A stretch of DNA of 45,170 bases from Chrysochromulina tobinii (Eukaryota), in contig JWZX01003301.1 of NCBI GenBank assembly GCA_001275005.1, forward strand, positions 1 to 45,170. Direction: 5' to 3'. Numbering within the stretch: position 1 is the first letter of the stretch; every line of letters begins with the position of its first letter. The notes under the pieces are model-generated. The model did not search any database, was not told where the DNA came from, and worked only from the letters and a program-made list of their open reading frames with translations. The position numbers were made by a program, and so were the translations under genes. Below are positions 38,976-45,170 of this stretch, one piece after another.

Positions 38976-40199
38976 ATGCGGGTTTCTTCTGCGATCGTGG
39001 CGATCTTTGCCGTCACAATCGACCAGCGCCTCCTCATTGGAGCGCAACTTGCCACACCGAGGTCGAAGACTCCCATGCGTGCGGCCGCGGCTGAGACACT
39101 CTCGTGGGTCCGCTCTCAAGTTGGTCACGCCGCTCCCTCCGTCGTGCTGCGCAATGCCGCCGCACCGGGCACCGTCATGCCCGTTGCCGGCCTCGGCACC
39201 GACTTCGACTTTTGCGAGAACGCCACCGCCTCGGGCAACCAATCGTTCGACGCGGCCCTGCTGTGGCTGCAGCTGGGCGGGCGTCGATTCGACGGCGCGC
39301 TGTCGTACGGGTGCGACCGGGGCGTGGGCGAGGCGATGCGCGCGAGCGGTGTGAATCGCAGCGACGTCTTCTTGGTCTCCAAGATCGGGCCGGGCGGGCT
39401 GCCCCTGCCACTCGGCTACAACGAGACGCTCCAGCAGGCGGCTCAGATCCTGGCCGAGCTGAACGACACGTACATCGACCTGCTCCTCGTGCACGAGCCG
39501 TTCAGCTACTGGCCGGACCCGAGCGCCGCGGCTCGCGCACCGAGCACCGACCCGGCGTGCAACCTCACGAATCCGAAGTACTCCACCAGCGGTTGCCGCC
39601 TCTCGACGTGGCAGGCCATGGTCGAGCTATGGCGCGCGGGCAAAGCGCGCAGCATCGGCGTCTCCAACTACAACTCCTCGCACGTCGACGAGATTGCAGC
39701 CGCCGGCCTGCCCCTGCCCGCCGTGAACCAGATCCAGTTCTCGCCGCACCACGGGCCGACGCACGCGCCGTGCACGTGCGGACACTCCACGTCGCGCCCG
39801 ACGCCCGACGCGTGCGGCAACTCCACGGCGGAGGTCAACGAGAGCTGTTCAGCGCTGCTGTCATACCTGGCAGCGCACGGCATTGTGGCGAACGGCTACT
39901 CGCCGTTCGAGGGCAAGGCAGACGGTGGCTCGCTACTGACCGAGCCGGCGCTGCTGGCGATCGCGGCCGCACATCCAGGCGTGAGCCCGAGCCAGGTGGT
40001 CCTGAACTGGCAGTGGCAGCGGCACGGCGTGGTGGTGAACCCAACGGCGACGACGGAAGAGTACCAGCGCCTGAACCTCGACTTCGTCGACGGCTTCGCG
40101 CTGTCCGACGCGGAGGCGGCGCAGCTCGATGCGTGGCCGCAGAACCCGCCGCCGTCCGCAACAACCACAGCGAGGAAACCTCCGCCGCGAAGAACATAG
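38976..40199 (+). CDS. Aldo-keto reductase with N-terminal signal-like peptide
   Basis: MPVAGLGT, FDGALSYG, DVFLVSKI, YIDLLLVHEP (D/Y/K/H tetrad), GKARSIGVSNY, PAVNQIQFSP, YSPF. Confidence 0.9.
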   Translation: MRVSSAIVAIFAVTIDQRLLIGAQLATPRSKTPMRAAAAETLSWVRSQVGHAAPSVVLRNAAAPGTVMPVAGLGTDFDFCENATASGNQSFDAALLWLQLGGRRFDGALSYGCDRGVGEAMRASGVNRSDVFLVSKIGPGGLPLPLGYNETLQQAAQILAELNDTYIDLLLVHEPFSYWPDPSAAARAPSTDPACNLTNPKYSTSGCRLSTWQAMVELWRAGKARSIGVSNYNSSHVDEIAAAGLPLPAVNQIQFSPHHGPTHAPCTCGHSTSRPTPDACGNSTAEVNESCSALLSYLAAHGIVANGYSPFEGKADGGSLLTEPALLAIAAAHPGVSPSQVVLNWQWQRHGVVVNPTATTEEYQRLNLDFVDGFALSDAEAAQLDAWPQNPPPSATTTARKPPPRRT

Positions 40200-40483
40200 T
40201 CGGCAGAACGGACTCGCGGAAGCCTCTGCTTGTCCTTCGTCGTCGCCGGCTCGGTTCATGACGCATTCGCCCCAGCCCCACACCACCACTTCCTGGCGAT
40301 TGGCAAACAGGCGGACCACAAACCCGCAAATGCCTACTACTCGCTGCCTGTACGTGGTCCGTTTTGCCAGCTGTGCCTGCTGCTGCCTTCGACAAGCGCA
40401 CAGGCGACCAGCCCCCCCCCCTAGATCGCCTCATTGACATTGTACGGTATCGAAGCTGGTGTCGGATGAAGGTTTTCAAACTT

Positions 40484-42085
40484 TCAATCATAGTAAGGAT
40501 ACAGGTCGCGAAATTTGATCGTCAGCGTGCGGAGCGGTACTATGGCGCCTCCCTTTGGAAGGAGCTCGAACTCGAAGGCGTACGAGGGGCGAATGCTGTC
40601 GGCTGACGAGCGGCTGCGCACGCGCAGCCGATCTCCCGCGACCACGGTCGCCGGCTGTGGCAGCAGGAGGAGAGGATTCATCCAGTTGGAAGCGTGAGTC
40701 TTCTCTCGCATAGTCTCGCTCGTGCACAGGGAGGTGAAGTCGTTGAGCCTTGCAGCGCCCGCAGCGCCCGCAGCTGCGCACCCGCCGGCGCCAAAGGGAA
40801 ACCGATGGGCGAAACCGTCGGACGAGCCCTCAGCGGGCTCCTCCTCGACGTCGGCGGGAGCTCCGATGCCGAGATCGACCCAGATGAAGACGCCAAGGCA
40901 GTTGAGCACGCCATCGCGTGTGAACAGGAAGACATGCTCGCGTGTTTGGACCTCGAGCGATGCACCGGCCTCAAGCTTGCTCTGTGCGCTCATGCCGAAG
41001 TATTGCATGTCGAGGGGGGCGCTACCGCCCGTGAGGGAAATGTCGGCGAGAGGCGCACAGGGCACTAGGATGGCCTTGGGCGAGCGGAGGGAGTCGATGA
41101 ACACGTCCTCGCAACGGTCGAGGTGCTCGGGCCCTAACTCGCACGGAGTGAAGAAGGTGCCCGAGCGCGAAGGGATGCAACGGCCGCCCACCAGAGAGAC
41201 GCGTGGCGCCAAGGCACGCTCGACACGACGCTCGACACGACGCTCGACACGACGCGGCTTCCTCCACGCGCTCTGCTCCGCGATGTGGTACATGCGGCAC
41301 AGGTCGCGCGTCGTCCTAAGCGTCGTCCGTGAGGGTGGCGGCGACGCGCGCGGCGGCACGAGGTAGTGCTCGACGCCATGGGCGAGCATCTGGACAGCCC
41401 CTTCGCTTGTCGCAAAGACTCCGAAGACTTCATGAAGAAGCACATCGAAGCGCTGTCGCGGAGGTGGGAGCAGCGCGTGGTCTGTGGAGCGGCCTACGAT
41501 AATGTTGACGCGATCCCCGTGCTCTTGTCGCACCAGGGATGCGGCCGCCGCTGCGCTCTCGGCGTTCACCTCAAAGGCGGTCACATGAAGCTTGCGGGGC
41601 CCATGAGTGAGCGCAAGCCTTGTCAGGGTGGCGGCCGCGCCGCAGCCAATCTCTAACCAGCGCGTCTGATTCACAGGCACAGCGGCGAAGGCTCGGGCGT
41701 ACGCAGCGTTGCGATGGACATCTGTATCCATCTCGTGGAACATGTCCTCGTCGTACTCCTCACACAGGCCCCATACGTCAGTCTGCGCCGGCTGCTTCTC
41801 TGGAGCGACGGTGCTGCAGAGTTTCAGCGACCGTCGGCGGCGCAGAAGGCTGCGCACGAAGCGGTCCGGCCCGACGAGACGCTGCTGCAAATCGTAGTAT
41901 GCAGCATCTGGCAAGGTCCCGTCTCCATGCTTCAGACGTTGAGCTTCTGACTTGTTATCATCCTCTTCGTCCTCTTCACTGGGTCGCTCTTCGTCAAGCT
42001 CCTCTGCATGGAACTCGATCCCGTGCTCACGTAACAAACGCTCGGCGTTGCGCGCACGAGCGCGCCAGTGCTCCACCTCGTCCAT
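40484..42085 (-). CDS. Protein arginine methyltransferase-like SAM-dependent methyltransferase
   Basis: FHEMDTDVHRNAAYARAF, WLEIGCG, VTAFEVN, GRSTD, FDVLLHEVFGVFATSEG (double-E loop), SNW in the THW-loop position. Start uncertain (42085 or 42259). Confidence 0.75.
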   Translation of the reverse strand: MDEVEHWRARARNAERLLREHGIEFHAEELDEERPSEEDEEDDNKSEAQRLKHGDGTLPDAAYYDLQQRLVGPDRFVRSLLRRRRSLKLCSTVAPEKQPAQTDVWGLCEEYDEDMFHEMDTDVHRNAAYARAFAAVPVNQTRWLEIGCGAAATLTRLALTHGPRKLHVTAFEVNAESAAAAASLVRQEHGDRVNIIVGRSTDHALLPPPRQRFDVLLHEVFGVFATSEGAVQMLAHGVEHYLVPPRASPPPSRTTLRTTRDLCRMYHIAEQSAWRKPRRVERRVERRVERALAPRVSLVGGRCIPSRSGTFFTPCELGPEHLDRCEDVFIDSLRSPKAILVPCAPLADISLTGGSAPLDMQYFGMSAQSKLEAGASLEVQTREHVFLFTRDGVLNCLGVFIWVDLGIGAPADVEEEPAEGSSDGFAHRFPFGAGGCAAAGAAGAARLNDFTSLCTSETMREKTHASNWMNPLLLLPQPATVVAGDRLRVRSRSSADSIRPSYAFEFELLPKGGAIVPLRTLTIKFRDLYPYYD

Positions 42086-42421
42086 CGCCTCGTCGCCGAC
42101 GCGGCCGACGCGAGGTGGACGAACTGGTGCCGCACACACAGGGGCGCGTGGTTTCCTCGGGGCTGTTTCGGACGATGTGAACGTCGAACTTGACGAATAA
42201 GGATCAGACGTAGAGACGGGGCGTGTGAGTCTTTTCTGAAACGCCGAGCACGTTCGCATCAAGTCAAGTCAAGTCAAGTCTGCTGCTCATCACATCTCCG
42301 CGTCCCGCCTCTCGCTCGCTCCGCTCGCACACACAGGCGCGTCCCCCCTCCTCGGCGGAGCTCGTGGCGCAGCCGCCGGTGCGTCCGTCGGCACCGGCGG
42401 CGCATCGCACCCTCGCGGCAC

Positions 42422-43011
42422 ATGCTCCAAAGCAGGAACCTCGTCGAGCGCGCTACGCAGGTCCCGGAGGCTCGGGTACGAGCTGCCACCATGCTGCAGC
42501 GCATGGTCCGTGGACGTGCAGCTCGGCGCATCCATCTGCTGCTCAGGTTGGCAGCCCGCGTGCAGGACACCTACAGGAGGGAGCAGCCCGCATACGAGAA
42601 CGAGACGTCCATCAACGCGGGCGGTGTCGCGCGGCGCCTCGAGGGCACGCTCTTGAAGCTCTCCGGCATCGTCTACCAGCAGCGGAACGTCTATGTTTCC
42701 CAGTTGCACTTTCGGGTACGTTGCTCTCCCGTTCTGCTGGCACTGCGCACGCGCATGCGCCCATTCACCGCGTGCCTGTGCTCGTCCGCAAGCAGTACAG
42801 CTCCCGGCAGAGCGATGTCTACAAGGCGGTCGATCTGGCCGACCGGTGCGAGCTCCTGATCCTCTCGAACGATCGCTTCGAGTTTGCGCTGTCGCTGCGC
42901 GGCGGTGCCAAGGAGATCAAGTTCCGTGCACAGTCGCGCGAGTCATTTGATCGATGGACGAGCGGCTTGGCTCGATACCTGAGCATGGCCCAGGCATACT
43001 ACACGTTGTGA
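42422..43011 (+). CDS. IQ-motif plus PH-like domain protein; intron 42716-42795
   Basis: AATMLQRMVRGRAAR (IQ). LEGTLLKLSG..YQQRNVYV...EIKFRAQSRESFDRWTSGL (PH-like), joined in frame by an 80-nt CGG|GTACGT...AAGCAG intron. Confidence 0.7.
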
Positions 43012-43737
43012 CGTGCATTTTTCGGCAAGCGTGAAGTGAGCCTTGAGCCATGTGGATGGTGGGATTCGGAGATGTGATTGACTGCGACGACACGTGTGGA
43101 TGTGCCGCGACCGTGGGATGCCCGTGCCACTGCCGTGCCGGCGTATAATCTAAAATGCTTGGAAAATAGATGGGTGAAGCACTGGCGACTGGGGCGGGCC
43201 GGATTGAGCTTTGAGGCGGCTGTGCCCTGTGCCACGCGCCACCGCGCACCGGCGCGGCGTGCGCTGCACACGACAGACGATGCGACAGACCCACCTGAGC
43301 TCTCGACCTACTCGAGACTGGTTGGCGCATCACGGCATCGCGCGATGGCGGGGCCGGGATCACGATCGTTATCCACCGGGGACGGACCACGCGACGTGTC
43401 GTTCGGTTTCTTATCCGGACCGGGGGAGCGCGTCCCGTCCGATCGTGTTGCCCTCTCGGGCGACGAATCTCGCGTCTCCTCTGGAACCGCGAATGGCGAG
43501 CCGGAGCGCTGGAACCAGGAACGCCGCGCGCTCTCTCTCCGCGGCCGGGTGTCTCTGCGCTCGACGCACAAGCGCGGCCATCGGACTACCCAGGTGAATC
43601 ATACACAAACTCGCAAGACATGAGATTGAGAAGAGCACGACGCCACGACCCGCACCGATCTGCGAGACGGCAATGCAGCGCAGTCTAGAGTCTTGCGCGC
43701 AAAAAGAGTCGTCCTGACGTACATTTTTGCCACGGGC

Positions 43738-44917
43738 TCAAGCATTGGTGCGATTGCGCACAACGTGCTCGAGAGGCTCCTGCCTGGCCAGATGGTCCAG
43801 ATTCGCTGAGACCTGCCTTAGGGCCTCCTGTTGTGACTCGGGGGTGAAGCCGCTGTCGTGCGCGCTCATGATCACATTGGGCAGCAAGTCGAACCGGTAT
43901 TGACTTGGCCAGGCGCTAGGCTGAGCAGGGAGAGACTCGAACGTGCTCCGGTCATCTTTGCCCGATCTTTCAAGGCCGCTAAGCAGGCATTTGAGCAGGA
44001 GGTTGGCGTGGGTAGGAAGACTTGGACTTCAAATAGCATGCAGGTGCTCTCACCCCATATCCCTCCGGAGGGCCAATGTCTGAACCGGTGGCAGTATTCC
44101 ACCAGACATCGAGGAGGGCGCCTCCAATTGCCCCCGACGCGAGGCTGTCGTACAGCGGCTTCTCCTGCACCACTGGGCCGCGCGCTATGTTCACCAGGAC
44201 CGCGCGCTTGGACATCTGCGCGAGCAGCGTCGCGTCGACGAGGCCCTGGGTGGTCGGGAGCAGCGGAGTGCACACGATGACAAAGTCGGACTCGGAAAAG
44301 AGTTTGGGGTTCATCGAGTCGTCGCCTATCCACGCGAGCGGGGCTGGTGGCTGCTGCGGTGGGTTCAGCGTGGTTGCGCCGATGCGCATGCCGAAGGCAG
44401 CAGCACGCACGGCGATGGCTTCCCCGATGTTTCCATATCCCAAGATGCCCAACTTCATATCGCTCAGCTGCCCGTGCATCATTTTCGCGGCTGAGCAGTT
44501 GGCGCCAGGGGGGCCTTCCTTCCATGTGCAGCTACGCAAGGCGGCGTCCATCTGAGGCAGCTTTACGACCCACTGCAGCATGCCAGCGAGCACGTACTCC
44601 GCAATGGCGATGGAGGACTGATGGCAATTCGCGACGGTGAATTGAGCTGGAATGCTTTGCAACTCAGCTTCTGGATAGCCCGTGTAATCGTACTGGTAAA
44701 GCTGCCCACTCGTTGCTCCAGACAGTTGTGCCACCGGCGTCTGCACAAATGCCACTGCCTCTGCCACGTCGCTCGCACTCGCATTGGCGACCGGAAGCAG
44801 GCGCCACGTGGTCTGTAACAGGGCCTGAATATCTGCAACAGTGCGCCCAGGTTGCAGCTCGCCGATGATAGCGAGAGGAGTAGCCGATGATAGCGAGAGG
44901 AGAAGCAACATGTGCAT
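43738..44917 (-). CDS. D-isomer-specific 2-hydroxyacid dehydrogenase with signal-like peptide; exons 44917-44054 and 43920-43738
   Basis: IAEYVLAGML, LGILGYGNIG, DFVIVCTPLLPTTQGLVD, LVNIARGPVV, GALLDVW. A 133-nt GGG|GTGAGA...CTCAG intron supplies the final exon LPNVIMSAHDSG (catalytic His), which is missing from the ORF track. Confidence 0.88.
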
Positions 44918-44936
44918 GAGTAGTTCTGGAGCTGAG

Positions 44937-44990
44937 CTGACCTTTCTCAAAGTTTAGGTCGATTCAACTGACCCTTTCTCAAAGTTTAGG
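44937..44990. repeat. 22-23 nt direct repeat CTGAC(C)CTTTCTCAAAGTTTAGG x2 upstream of the dehydrogenase start
   Basis: Copies at 44937-44958 and 44968-44990, with a degenerate third copy near 45045-45065. Confidence 0.7.
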
Positions 44991-45170
44991 CGACCGCTGC
45001 GTGGCAGTGTCTCGTGTGGTAGAGGTCGAGTCGGCGCTCGTTATGAGCTGACCTTTTCGCAAAGGCGCACCATCTGTAAGGATGTGTGTGTGTGTGAATT
45101 AGAAACAGGACCACACAGTACAGCGGCGCTCATGCAGGCGCGTCCCCGGGGGGCGCGCTTACATGACTAC

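Noticed and set aside
41215..41255. 12-nt repeat (RRVE x3) in the PRMT-like gene as a hidden intron
   Set aside because: No suitable AG acceptor was found, so it is treated as a coding repeat expansion, like AAQH(D/G) x3 at ~22700-22750.
42716..42807. Intron start GTACGTTGCTCTCCCG resembling (G)TACAGCTCCCG at the next exon
   Set aside because: Suggestive of the duplication signature but short and gapped, so not counted as evidence.
43078..43623. 181-aa + strand ORF between convergent genes
   Set aside because: No motif, and composition fits UTR or intergenic DNA.

Overview
GC-rich, gene-dense eukaryotic genomic DNA with short spliceosomal introns. It is most consistent with a haptophyte alga, an inference from gene content (IFT52, UTP18, strawberry notch, ATG10) and introns built from ATCTCG/CATCTCCC/CTGATTGCC repeats. 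About 24 protein-coding genes can be supported. No rRNA, tRNA, CRISPR array or autonomous transposon is visible. The most striking signal is in the introns. At least five introns in three unrelated genes contain a 15-38 nt degenerate copy of the adjacent exon. In four of them the copy sits at the intron 5' end and supplies the GT donor, and it is followed by an insert supplying the AG acceptor. Two of these introns share a 42-nt 3' module (38/42 identical). This looks like recent or ongoing intron gain by insertion plus long target-site duplication. There are also several unusual domain fusions: ATG10-F-box-Kelch, MsrB-ADF-H (possibly joined to a methyltransferase), and a RIN13-like Cys-rich domain on strawberry notch. 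All family calls come from motif recognition by eye; no database searches were run.
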